Assembly: GCA_963841435.1 (NCBI GenBank)
Contig: CAWJCS010000006.1
Coordinates: forward strand, 1,312,001 to 1,376,000
DNA length: 64,000 bases
Direction: 5' to 3'
From: an uncultured delta proteobacterium
Lineage (GTDB): Bacteria; Myxococcota_A; Polyangia; Polyangiales; Polyangiaceae
Below the pieces are notes generated by a model, which saw only the letters and a list, made by a program, of their open reading frames with translations, searched no databases and was not told the DNA's origin. The position numbers and the translations under genes are program-made. This document shows positions 51,037 through 60,824 of this stretch, in pieces (position 1 is the stretch's first letter; every line of letters begins with the position of its first letter).

Positions 51037-52635
51037 TTAGCCGATGTCGCGGGTACGCTCTTCTGCGGCGATCGGCGAAAAACCAGAGAAACGCGGCGGG
51101 GGCAGCGTCCGCGACGCGCGGACGAACGTCTGTCCTTGGGCTTCGCGCAGCGACAGCGAGTACTGCTCTTCCGCGTTGTCGAACACCGTGTCGATGATCG
51201 CCGCGATCTCGCGATGCTGAGCAATCGTCGGCGACTCGGCGAGGAAGGCGGCGTCGGCGCCCGGATCGAGCGCGAGCTCGGCTGGGTGGGCGAGGTGGTG
51301 CCGGTTCGCCCAGTAGTCGAGGGTGACGCCGTCTTCGGCTTCGACCGCGGCCGCGAGTGGCTCGGTGCACGCGAACAGGGGTTCCCCAGTCGCTTCGAGC
51401 GACTTCATCAGCCACCAGCGAACCAGGGGGTGCTCGTTTCTGAACGCGAAGTGTTTCACCTTCGCCATGTTTCGGCGGTGTGTCTCGGTCTGGGGCGTCA
51501 AGAAGTAGAAGCCGATGGCCTCTCCCGCGTCCCAGCCGAGCAGGCGATCCATCCCGAGTGCCTGCCAGTCGCGGAGGTAGAGAGCCCCGTGGCTCGCCAG
51601 GCGATCCGCCCAACGGGTGATGGCCTCTTCGAGGGGTGAGCTTGGCGCCGGGTAGCGCAGCACCAGCTCGTTGAAGTCTCGGTAGCCGGCGATGTCGATG
51701 CCCCAGATGGCCATGAAGCCCCGCAGCCGGTCGCGCGGGGACACCGCTCCGTCCTCGCGCAGCCACGCGAGCAACGGATGGCGCTCGAGCTGAGCCACGC
51801 GGCGACGCAGCCTGCTCACCAACAGGGACTGCGTCGCGGTAGGGGGCGGAGCCGTGGGGGGCGTGGGCGGAGCGCTGCGGTCGCGCAACGGCGCCGTCGC
51901 GTCGAGAAACTCGCCTTCGAGATCCCGGACGAGCGCGTCATAGCTCTGCGCTCGCCTGCCGTATTCGTGGACGTCGTCGAGCACGCGGAGGAACCGGTCG
52001 AAGACGCGCTGGACGACGAGCGTGGCGGCGCTCACTTGCTCGTCGTTCAGGATGGACGCCGCGAGCTCGGTCTCGTCGGTATGAAGATGTCCGGTCTCGC
52101 GATCGCGATGGTATTGCCCGAAGTAGTCGTGCGGTACGCCACGCTCGCGCGATAGCCGCGTCGCGATCGGCGCGGTGTGCCCGAAGAATACGTCACCGCA
52201 GATCTCGACCGCCTCCATCATAGGGAAGCGCACGAGCGGATCCGGGTGCTTGACCGACATCTCGAGTAGCTCCATGCCGAAGCGGCGCACCGTTTCGGTG
52301 CCGTCGGCGTGGAACATCCACCACAGCATCTTGCCTGGCGTCCACGACCCGATTTCGCCGAGCGCGAGGGTCGTCCAGTTCTCGTAAAAGAGCAGCGAGT
52401 GCGTGCGGTCCTCCTCGGTGTGCTCGTTGATTGCGCGCTCCAGGGAATTCTGGGGCGCTTCGTAGCTCAAGAACCACTTGTTCAGGTCGGCGAAACCCAT
52501 GATGAAGTCGATCATCACGGGTGCAAACACGAAGCGCCGCTCCAACGGAACGGCATCCGAGTTCAGCCAGCCGAAAAACGGGTGCGCTGCAACGCGCGCC
52601 CTTCCACCACGTAGCTGTTGCCAAATACGTTTCAT
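51037..52635 (-). CDS. Tandem heme-oxygenase-like diiron oxidase (AetD-like), two domains
   Basis: Domain 1: HPFF, FADLN, INEHTEEDRTH, MEAVEICG, YHRDRETGH. Domain 2 repeats the pattern after a Pro/Thr linker. Confidence 0.75.
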   Translation of the reverse strand: MKRIWQQLRGGRARVAAHPFFGWLNSDAVPLERRFVFAPVMIDFIMGFADLNKWFLSYEAPQNSLERAINEHTEEDRTHSLLFYENWTTLALGEIGSWTPGKMLWWMFHADGTETVRRFGMELLEMSVKHPDPLVRFPMMEAVEICGDVFFGHTAPIATRLSRERGVPHDYFGQYHRDRETGHLHTDETELAASILNDEQVSAATLVVQRVFDRFLRVLDDVHEYGRRAQSYDALVRDLEGEFLDATAPLRDRSAPPTPPTAPPPTATQSLLVSRLRRRVAQLERHPLLAWLREDGAVSPRDRLRGFMAIWGIDIAGYRDFNELVLRYPAPSSPLEEAITRWADRLASHGALYLRDWQALGMDRLLGWDAGEAIGFYFLTPQTETHRRNMAKVKHFAFRNEHPLVRWWLMKSLEATGEPLFACTEPLAAAVEAEDGVTLDYWANRHHLAHPAELALDPGADAAFLAESPTIAQHREIAAIIDTVFDNAEEQYSLSLREAQGQTFVRASRTLPPPRFSGFSPIAAEERTRDIG

Positions 52636-52978
52636 TGGTCCCACGCCCTTTTCTGGTTTTTGTGCCCGCCCGCCCGTCTCGCGTGTCCCCGCGTACGGGC
52701 CGAGTGTCTGGACACTAGCCGAAGGCGGGTGTTCGAGGAAATGAATTTTCATCACCCTTCAGTGTCGTGGTCGTCGCGCGTGCTTGTCTCACAATGAGTC
52801 ACGCGCCGAACGTCATCTGCACGAAACCCCACGGCCACGACGCTTTGCGCCAACGAGATCGCGTCGCGCTTGCGCAACCAGTGAAGCGCCGCGACTGCTT
52901 GCCCAACCTGCGCAGTGCAGGGGCGCAGTCGAAGGGTGCGGTTGCGTTAACCCGTCTTTGGCGGGTCGGAAGTCCCGC

Positions 52979-54196
52979 CTACTGATCCATCATCTTCTGT
53001 TGGATCTGCCAGTCGGGATCCGTGCAGAGCGTGCACGCGGGGCCGTAGAACCACGAGCGTAGTGCGGTGTCACCCATGAGGTGGACACGCATCCAGGCGG
53101 TGACCGCTACTTCCACGGGGCCCGGCGTGGTGCCACGGAACGTGATCCAGTTCGCGTGGTCGGCGGTCAGGTAGGTCGCGAGCATGACCGGCTGGTTCGA
53201 GATGCCATTGAATGCCGACATCACCGTGCTGCAAGGGACGGTCGTATCCATGCCGCCGCAGAACAGGAACGCCGGGCCGTGCAGGTTGCGCTGATTGCTG
53301 GCGCCGCAGAGGGGCGCGATCGAGAGAACGTGGCTGTCACCGCCCGCCGTGGTGGTGGCGAAGCCACCCTGCGAATGGCCGGTCGCGCCGACGTGCATCG
53401 TATCGATGTGTTGGTAGAGCGGGCTCGCCGGGTCGTCGTTCTGCTCGAGCACCCACGTCACACCCGCGACCATGGGGGGAGGATCTCCCTGGGCCACGTT
53501 GGGGCTGTCGGATGCGATGACGACGAAGCCGTGCGACGCGAGATGGTTGAGGAGCACCTTGTACAGGCTCGGATTCGAGCCTGTGCCGTTGCCCCACGTC
53601 ACGACGGGATGGCAGCGCCCGCCGTCGCCGAGCTCCATCGGGCGGAACATGGTGAAGGCGACGGGCGCACCGCCGTCCGCTCCTTGTCCAGCTTGGGGGC
53701 CCACGTTCGTTTCCGTGACCGTGGCGAACGGGCCCGCTGCCGCCGGGTCTGCCGCGGGCCAGCCGCCCACCGTGCACGAGCCGCCGCTTGCGCCTGCGGC
53801 TCCGGCGGAGCCACCGGACGCGACACTGCCGGACGCGCCGCCGCTCGATTCACTCGCTCCGGCGCCAGCGCTGCCGCTAGCCCCCGCGCCGGAGCCACCG
53901 CTCGAGGAACCGGACGCACCCGTTCCCGCGCTTCCGGACGATGCGCCCGCCGCTCCCGCGGAACCGCCCGTCTCCGTCGTGCCACCGGAGCCAGCCCCGA
54001 CGCCGCCGCTGCCGGCGACGCTTCCCCCCGTGCTTCCCGACATACCGGCCGTGACCCCCGCGGAGCCTGCCGAGCCGCCCGACCCTCCCGAACCGCCAGC
54101 TCCGGCAACCTTGTCTCCGGAGGTCCCGCAGGCCCCGATGCTCATGCTGAGGACAGCGGCGGCAACGATGGTGACTCGCACGGCTTGGGTTCTCAT
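52979..54196 (-). CDS. Lipoprotein alpha/beta hydrolase, P. mendocina cutinase/lipase-like
   Basis: Lipobox IGAC, Gly/Ser linker, HPVVTWGNGTG, LASHGFVV, GHSQGG, GGMD, ADH, FYGPACTLC. Confidence 0.85.
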   Translation of the reverse strand: MRTQAVRVTIVAAAVLSMSIGACGTSGDKVAGAGGSGGSGGSAGSAGVTAGMSGSTGGSVAGSGGVGAGSGGTTETGGSAGAAGASSGSAGTGASGSSSGGSGAGASGSAGAGASESSGGASGSVASGGSAGAAGASGGSCTVGGWPAADPAAAGPFATVTETNVGPQAGQGADGGAPVAFTMFRPMELGDGGRCHPVVTWGNGTGSNPSLYKVLLNHLASHGFVVIASDSPNVAQGDPPPMVAGVTWVLEQNDDPASPLYQHIDTMHVGATGHSQGGFATTTAGGDSHVLSIAPLCGASNQRNLHGPAFLFCGGMDTTVPCSTVMSAFNGISNQPVMLATYLTADHANWITFRGTTPGPVEVAVTAWMRVHLMGDTALRSWFYGPACTLCTDPDWQIQQKMMDQ

Positions 54197-54326
54197 GGCT
54201 TCATCATGGTACCCGAGCCAGGCATCGACACTCAGGGAACGACCCGCTGGCCTCGAAGTGCGTCAGCGCGATAATTTTCAACCCGCTGCGGGGGCGCCGC
54301 GAGCGCGCTCGCCCGTGGCGTCGAGC

Positions 54327-55306
54327 CTAGCTCGGCGACAGCACGACATCGTCGATGCAGATGATCGTGGGCGGAGAGTGGCCTATCATGTCGAACGCGA
54401 TGCCGGCCTTCGAGTCGTTCACGGGGAAGGTGTACGAGAAGGTCGTGAGCGTGGCGGTCGGAGCGACCATGATTTGAAAATCCGTGGTGTAAGGCGACAC
54501 CGCCTGCCCGACTTTCGCGAGGATCGTCGCGTTGCCGGTGAGCGACATCTTGAAGGACAACGTGTAGTTGCCGGATAGCGGGATGGCGTCCGAGGAAAAT
54601 TGGGGCCAGCCGAGGATGATCCGCGAGTCGGTCGTCAGGAACTGCCCGCACCAGACACCGTCGGTGATCGTGTAATTGGCAGTCGCCCCGTTGGTGTTCC
54701 ACGACACGATGCCGTCGGAGAAATCGCCGTTCGTGATCAGGTTGGTGCCGCCGCTCCCGCCCGCCGCACCACCCGTGCCGGTTCCAGAGGTGCCACCCAG
54801 GGAACCTCCTGCATCGCCTCCCATACCGCCGCCGGTGTCCCCGCTGCTCCCTCCGGCGCCGCCGCCGCCGTCGGCGCCGCCGACGCCACCCGAGCCACCG
54901 GCGCTCACTCCGCCGGCATCTCCCGACCCGCCATCGCCTCCGGTCGAGCCCGTGCCGCCGTTGCCGCCGGTCGCGCTCGCGCCTCCATTCCCGCCGGTCG
55001 CGCTTGCGCCGCCGCGTTGCCGCCGTTGCCGCCGGTCATGCTAGCGCCGCCGCTGCCGCCCGTGGTGCTCGAGCCGCCGTCGCCACCCGTGGCGCTCGAG
55101 CCGTCCTCGCCGGCCATGGATCCACCAACGCTCGACCCTGCACTGCCCCCGAGGGTGCCGTCCGCACCGGCGTTCGACTCACCCCCATTCGAATCGCGAA
55201 AATCGTCGTCGTCGTCGGGCCGCTTGTTGCTCCCACAAGCACCTGCCGCCATCAGTGCCACCGTGCAGCCGATGGGCACCCACACCGCGAAGAGCCTCGA
55301 AGCCAT
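54327..55306 (-). CDS. Lipoprotein with CBM4/9-like domain, frameshifted near 55012
   Basis: Lipobox AGAC and Gly linker in one frame; NLITNGDFS...CIDDVVL in the next; adding one G restores the frame. Confidence 0.7.
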
Positions 55307-55357
55307 CGCTCAATTATCGCCCAGGCAGAACATCGGGGCCAGATCGGGTGCGCTGCG

Positions 55358-55834
55358 CTACGTCAACGATTGCAGGAGCCGCTCGAGGTACTCGGCGGCG
55401 CCCGGATCGCCTTCGCGCGGCGCCCAGGGCGCGAACTCCTTGTCGGTGCTCGGTTGCCAGGGACCGGGTTTCACCTCGAAGCAGACCGCGGTGTCGCTGA
55501 GGGCCGCGACGGTGTGCCAGAGCCCGGGCTCGATGTCGATTCCGATGACGCCGCCGTCTCCGAGCACGTTCGCTTCGACGATGCCCCCCGCGTCATCGAA
55601 CAGAAAGAATACGACCTGGCCTCGCAAGGCCACGAAGCTTTCGGATTTCGGCGGGTCCGAGTGGCGATGAGGTGCGCAATAAGTGCCTCGCGCGAACGCA
55701 TTCAGAAAGCGATGCGGGTTGTCCTCGAGACTCCGGTGAAAATTGTGGTTCTGTCGGAGCCGGGGCGAGCTGAGCGCCCGCTCGACGACCCCGTCGAGCA
55801 ACGACTGATCGATGAGCTGGACGTTGCGCGACAT
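55358..55834 (-). CDS. WbuC-family cupin metalloprotein
   Basis: SPRLRQNHNFH, PHRH, WHTV, FEVKPGP, FAPWAP.EG. Confidence 0.9.
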   Translation of the reverse strand: MSRNVQLIDQSLLDGVVERALSSPRLRQNHNFHRSLEDNPHRFLNAFARGTYCAPHRHSDPPKSESFVALRGQVVFFLFDDAGGIVEANVLGDGGVIGIDIEPGLWHTVAALSDTAVCFEVKPGPWQPSTDKEFAPWAPREGDPGAAEYLERLLQSLT

Positions 55835-55982
55835 CCCGCCAACGCTACCAGAATGTGCTTGGAAAGGAGGTCGCGCCGTCGTTCGGGTGGCGAAAGTCGC
55901 GGTGGACGCGGGCGGCGGTGGGGGTGCTCGTGCCACTGGGAGAGCGTGGCGACCTCGGTGGGGCCGTGATATCCTGTTGCGA

Positions 55983-56387
55983 ATGGTGGGTCTTTTGCCG
56001 TGCAGCGCTTGCGCACGTCACGTACGGCGCAACGAGCCGAGCTGCCCTTTCTGTGGAGCTTCGCTCGACTTCGGTGCGGCGGAGCCGACGCTCGTGCCCG
56101 CGCGGGGATCGAGCCGGGAAGAAGTGCTCGGGTTTGCGGGGCGCAAGCGCTGGGTCGCGTTGACGGCGTCGAGCGCGATGGTCGCGTGCTTCAGCGCGAC
56201 CCCCGTTTACGGCGCACCGGCTGATCCCAACTTCACGGGCTCCGGCGCGACGGGCGGTACGCCGGCCGCCGGCGGAGGCGGCAACACGACGGCGACGGGC
56301 GGTGGCTCGGGGAGTGCAGGGCTCGGAGGACAGGCGGCGGCAGGGGAGGGCGGCTTGGGCGGCGAAGGCGGCGAAGGCGGTCGCTGA
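55983..56387 (+). CDS. Zinc-ribbon + lipobox-like + PxYGxP protein
   Basis: LPCSACARHVR...CPFC, MVAC, PVYGAP, Gly-rich tail. Confidence 0.7.
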   Translation: MVGLLPCSACARHVRRNEPSCPFCGASLDFGAAEPTLVPARGSSREEVLGFAGRKRWVALTASSAMVACFSATPVYGAPADPNFTGSGATGGTPAAGGGGNTTATGGGSGSAGLGGQAAAGEGGLGGEGGEGGR

Positions 56388-56412
56388 GTCGCGAGCCGGC
56401 GCTCCGTTCGGA

Positions 56413-57498
56413 TCAGTAGAACGCCTCGCATGCGTCGGCCCCGGCGCCGCCCGCACCGGCGGCGCCGATGCCAGGTGCGAAAGCCGCGCCGTCGGTGCAC
56501 GGATAGCACTTTGCCGTCGCCGTGCAGCCCCTCTGCGGTTGCTCTCCTGCCTCGTAGCTCCACGCATAGCAGGGTCCGAAGGCAACATCGTCCGAAGCTC
56601 GAACGCCGATGAGCTCTTTGCTTTCGGCGCCGAACACGTAGGCGAGCTCCGAAAAAGACCACTCTTGCTCGACGACGATCTGCCCGCAGGCCTCGTAGGC
56701 GTCAACCGTTTGGAAGGTTCCGCACGTGGTCGTGAACTCGTCGACGGCTTCGGCGATCGTCGTCGGGCAAGCTTCGAACGTACAGTATTCCTCGAGGGTG
56801 ATCGTCACCGAGTCGTCGGGTACATCGCTGGGCACGCAGCTCAGGCACGCGGGCGGCGGCGTTCCCGCGCCGAACGTCGAATCGCCGCACACGGTGCACG
56901 GATCGAAGCGTGTTCCCATCGGGTTCGTCCCAGCCGTGATGTCGCCTTGGTCGTTCGCGCCCGAGAGGTCGCACGCCTCCGACAAGAGGTGCGACACGTA
57001 CCCCGACGCCGAAGCGTAGACGGGCCGTCCTTCGTAGTCGACCACGAGCCGGTACAGGTTCTCTCCTCCCTCACTCCACTCGTACACGAGGCCACCCGCG
57101 TACGTGTGCGTGAGCTCGACGTAGTCGAGGTCGTTCGAGCAATCGGTGGGGACGGGCATGCGCGCGGCGAGCTCATCGATCCCGAGCGTGCAGGAGAACT
57201 GGGCGCCGCCCTCGAGCACCCGGCACTCGCAGCTCGACGGCGACCCGGCATCGCCGCCAGTCGCTCCCGAGCCCGTTCCTCCGCTGCTGCCTCCCTGTGC
57301 CGCCGCACCGCCGCTGCCACCCGCGCCCCCGCGCCCCGCGGTCGAGGTGCCGCCGCCACCGCCCGTGCCGCCGGTCGCCCCTTGGCCGTGCCCGGCTTGC
57401 CCGTGCGTGATCGTCATGCTCTCCCCGCCGCAGCTCTGAAAGAGCAGGCTGCCCCCGGCCACCAGCGTCACCCACACCAACCTGCGTGCACCCTGCAT
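56413..57498 (-). CDS. Cys-rich acidic lipoprotein
   Basis: Lipobox-like FQSC, Gly linker, many Cys. Confidence 0.7.
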   Translation of the reverse strand: MQGARRLVWVTLVAGGSLLFQSCGGESMTITHGQAGHGQGATGGTGGGGGTSTAGRGGAGGSGGAAAQGGSSGGTGSGATGGDAGSPSSCECRVLEGGAQFSCTLGIDELAARMPVPTDCSNDLDYVELTHTYAGGLVYEWSEGGENLYRLVVDYEGRPVYASASGYVSHLLSEACDLSGANDQGDITAGTNPMGTRFDPCTVCGDSTFGAGTPPPACLSCVPSDVPDDSVTITLEEYCTFEACPTTIAEAVDEFTTTCGTFQTVDAYEACGQIVVEQEWSFSELAYVFGAESKELIGVRASDDVAFGPCYAWSYEAGEQPQRGCTATAKCYPCTDGAAFAPGIGAAGAGGAGADACEAFY

Positions 57499-57553
57499 CT
57501 GCTCCTCCGCTCCCTCGCCCAAGCTTGCTCTGGGCTCGGGGTGCACGCTAGGA

Positions 57554-58204
57554 CTAACGACTCGAGCGCGCGGCGCGTCGGCGCGTGTAGCGTCGCGCGA
57601 GGGCCGTGAGAGCGAGGAGCGCCGCCATGCCGGGCCAGATCCGATTGCGCGAGCGTAGCGTGCGCACGGCGCAACCGCCCTCGTCGCCCCCGTCCCGAGC
57701 GTGCACGGGCGCGGACGGCTCGCTTTCGTTGCCGGCGTCGTCGACGGCGACGAGCTCGAACACGGCGTCGAACGCCTTCTGGTCGCTGGGGCCCGGATCC
57801 GGAAAGCTGACGAACAATAGCCCACCCTCGAGCGGGACGAGCGCTTGCTCGGGCGCCGAAAACCCCGGTGGCGGTTTCCCGCCCACGAGATGGATCAGGT
57901 ACCCGAGCTGCTTCGCGGGCGTGCGGTCGTCCTGGCCCGGCTCGATCATGAAGTGGATCGAGCCGGACCCGTCGCAGCTGCTCGCTGCCGTCGCCACGCA
58001 ACCCGTGGTTCGTGGGCCGAAGCTGCGGCTCACGCCGGTGGTCACGACGGGCGGCTCGGGCGGTGTCACGTCGACCCCGACCTCCGAGGGCAAGATCTGG
58101 TGCACGTTGGGCCCCGATTCCGAGCACGCGCGCGCCGTCCCCGAAAATCGGAGCAAACAGAGCGCTCCGAGCAGCGTCCCGACGAATGCCCGCGCCACCA
58201 GCAT
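57554..58204 (-). CDS. Secreted protein with MYXO-CTERM tail
   Basis: Signal peptide ending ARA-C; AVDDAGNES; GGCAV...ALLALTALARR. Confidence 0.75.
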   Translation of the reverse strand: MLVARAFVGTLLGALCLLRFSGTARACSESGPNVHQILPSEVGVDVTPPEPPVVTTGVSRSFGPRTTGCVATAASSCDGSGSIHFMIEPGQDDRTPAKQLGYLIHLVGGKPPPGFSAPEQALVPLEGGLLFVSFPDPGPSDQKAFDAVFELVAVDDAGNESEPSAPVHARDGGDEGGCAVRTLRSRNRIWPGMAALLALTALARRYTRRRAARSSR

Positions 58205-58291
58205 GGCGGTCACGCTACTCCGGGAGTCGGCTCGTTGCCACGCCGACCTTGGAGATGGACAAGCGCTGTCGTGAGCGGCAGAATCTCCCTC

Positions 58292-59552
58292 ATGCATGGG
58301 TTGGGTCGTGGGAGGACCTGGGCTCCGTTGGTCGGCTCGCTGGCGTTCGGTGTGCTTGCGGCATGCGGCAGCAACGAGTCGGATGACGTGCCGAACGCGG
58401 CATCGGGCGGCAGCGGCGGGGGCGCCGGCACCTCGGGCTCGAGCGGGTCGGGTGTCGGTGGCGCGGCAGGCATCGGCGGCACGAGCGCCGGACAAGGCGG
58501 TGCCGCAACCGGCGGAATCCGGCGGAAATGCCGGCTCCAGCGGCGCGGGGGCCGCGGGCTCCGCGGGCACGGCAGGCCTGCCGATCGATCCTCAGCCGAC
58601 CTGCCCGTCGCCCGCCGTTGCGTGCAACGGCGCGTGTTTGGATCCGGGCGCTTCGGCGGGCGGCTGCACGTACCTCACGCAGGTGCAGCCGCTCGACGGG
58701 CTTGCCGCGAGCGACGGGGACGCGTTCGCGTCACTCGGTTTTCCGTTCGTTATCGGCGGGGAGACGCCACCCACGGGGCTCTATCGCATCGACGGGCAGT
58801 CGCTCGAGCTATTGCCTCTCGACACGACGATGGCGAGCGGGGCCACCCTGGTCGTGGTGGCAAGCGGAACCTCCTACTACATGAAACCTGGCACGTTTAC
58901 GGACGGGTTCATCCGCTCGGTCTCGACGAGCGGCGGCGATCCGAACGAGATCCTCACCGACATTCAGGACGGACGCGGCCTCTGGGTGCGGGGAGATCGG
59001 CTCTATTTTGCCGCCGCGCTGGATGCCGCCGCCCAAACCGACGTCTATTGGCTGCCGCTCGACGGCGCCGGCGACCCCGAGCCGACGGCACTCGTCAACA
59101 TTTCTCGGGGCAGGATGAACCGCGATGCTCTCGTGACGAGCTTCAACGGCAACATCGATACGGCGCCGTTGCCCGATCTGACCCCGAGAACTCGCGTGAT
59201 GGGCGACTTCGCGCTCCCCGACGGTCGTTGGTGGATCGACGACGACTACGTGTACTGGGTCGAGGACGGGAGCTACGAGCGGTCGCTGCTCACCGCGGTC
59301 GGGGCCACGGCGGAAGATGGCGAGCTCGTCACGACGCTTCCTCCCGAATTGAGCATCGACGCCGACGCAGGTCCCGAGCTTCTCTTGTCGGCCAGCCAAG
59401 CGACGGCGGTCGGCATCTTCACGATGCCCGTCTCGGGTGGGAGCCCCGAGCACGTCGGCACGCTCGGCAGCATGGGAGCCAAACCCGTCACCGCCGACGC
59501 GAGCTACGTGTATGTCGATACAGGTAGGGCGCTCATCAGGCTCGACCGGTAG
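58292..59552 (+). CDS. Lipoprotein with beta-propeller-like domain, frameshifted near 58516
   Basis: LAAC lipobox and Gly linker; an extra A in GGAATCC joins ORF 58296-59552 (DDDYVYW, DASYVY repeats). Confidence 0.7.
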
Positions 59553-59570
59553 CGCGTGCCCGCGGGCCCT

Positions 59571-59768
59571 TCAACGCCCGGTGTAGAGGATGCGCAGGCA
59601 TCGATCGCGTGACCACTTGGTATTCCGCTCCAAGCAGCGCTCGTAGGTGCGGGCCCATTGGTACCTGTCGAGCTTCGACGTCGGCGGCTTCGGCGGCACG
59701 GGACAGGCGTCGGCGGCGAGCGCCGGCAAGGCGAACGACAGAACCATCAGGGCGAGGGCGAGGCGCAT
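59571..59768 (-). CDS. Small secreted protein
   Basis: Signal peptide MRLALALMVLSFALPALA; three Cys in the mature part. Confidence 0.65.
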   Translation of the reverse strand: MRLALALMVLSFALPALAADACPVPPKPPTSKLDRYQWARTYERCLERNTKWSRDRCLRILYTGR

Positions 59769-59848
59769 GCCCCGGAGAATACCTCAACGCGTTTCGGCGG
59801 TCGCGCGCGTCGCCTCGTCGGGCGCCCCTGCGGCACGTCGTGGTACTA

Positions 59849-60772
59849 TTGTCCGTGCTCGCGTCGGTAGGACTTCGCGCCGTGGTCTTCGCGAGCGCTC
59901 TTTTCGCCTGGGGGTGCTCCGGTTCGGACGAGGGCAATGCGATCGTCAATGCGCACATCGCCTCGGCCGGCACCGACGAAACGTACGTCGCAGGCTACGA
60001 CGGGCTCGACCGAGGGTTCGTCAAGCACCTCGAGAACGGCGGTTGGGCGACCGTGTTCGAGACGCACGCCCCGCTCGACGGCGTGTGGGCGTTCGGGTCG
60101 GGGGCCGTCGTCGCGGTCGGCAGCTCGGGCGAGGTGGCCGTTCGCTCGGACGGCGCGTGGTCGAGCGAGCTCGTATCGAGTGACGCGGTCCTGACGGCCG
60201 TGTGGGGCTCGGCGCCCGACGAAGTGCTCGCGGTGGGGCTCGGCGGCGCCGTGTTTCGCTTCGACGGCTCCGCGTGGCGCGCCGAAGAGGTGCCGACGAC
60301 CGCCAACCTGCGCGGGATTTGGGGAAGCGGCGCCGACGACGTGTTCGTCGTGGGCGAGCGGGGAATGATCATGCGCTTCGATGGCTCCGGCTGGCGACTC
60401 GTCGAAAGTGGCACCACCGAGGACTTGAATGCGGTGTGGGGGGTGGATTCGACGCACGTCTTCGCGGTCGGGGGATCGGAGCTGACGCGTCGGCACGTCG
60501 TTCTGCGGTTCGACGGCGCCGCGTGGAACGTCGAGCGTACGGGGGCCCCGCACGCCTTGCTCGGCGTGGGTGGCACCGCCGCCAACGACGTGGTCGCCGT
60601 CGGAGCCGCTCGAAAGGGCGACGACATCACGTCCGCCCTGCTGCGGTTCGACGGCAGCGCCTGGCGAGTCACCGAGCCGGACTTGCACGAGTTTTTATGG
60701 GACGTGCTCGCGCTTCCGGGCGGCGACTGCATCGTCGTGGGGCCCGGCGACACGCTCACCTCCGTTCGGTGA
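59849..60772 (+). CDS. Lipoprotein with WG-repeat beta-propeller (start approximate)
   Basis: AWGC lipobox; repeats of L.(A/G)VWG...DVF(A/V)VG...RFDG..W. Confidence 0.8.
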   Translation: MSVLASVGLRAVVFASALFAWGCSGSDEGNAIVNAHIASAGTDETYVAGYDGLDRGFVKHLENGGWATVFETHAPLDGVWAFGSGAVVAVGSSGEVAVRSDGAWSSELVSSDAVLTAVWGSAPDEVLAVGLGGAVFRFDGSAWRAEEVPTTANLRGIWGSGADDVFVVGERGMIMRFDGSGWRLVESGTTEDLNAVWGVDSTHVFAVGGSELTRRHVVLRFDGAAWNVERTGAPHALLGVGGTAANDVVAVGAARKGDDITSALLRFDGSAWRVTEPDLHEFLWDVLALPGGDCIVVGPGDTLTSVR

Positions 60773-60824
60773 CGGCGTCGAGCCCCGAGCTCTTGCTGAT
60801 GCGTAGCCAGGGAACGCGCCCTCG

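Noticed and set aside
55358-55834. WbuC cupin as a marker of an O-antigen cluster
   Set aside because: No glycosyltransferase or nucleotide-sugar genes nearby
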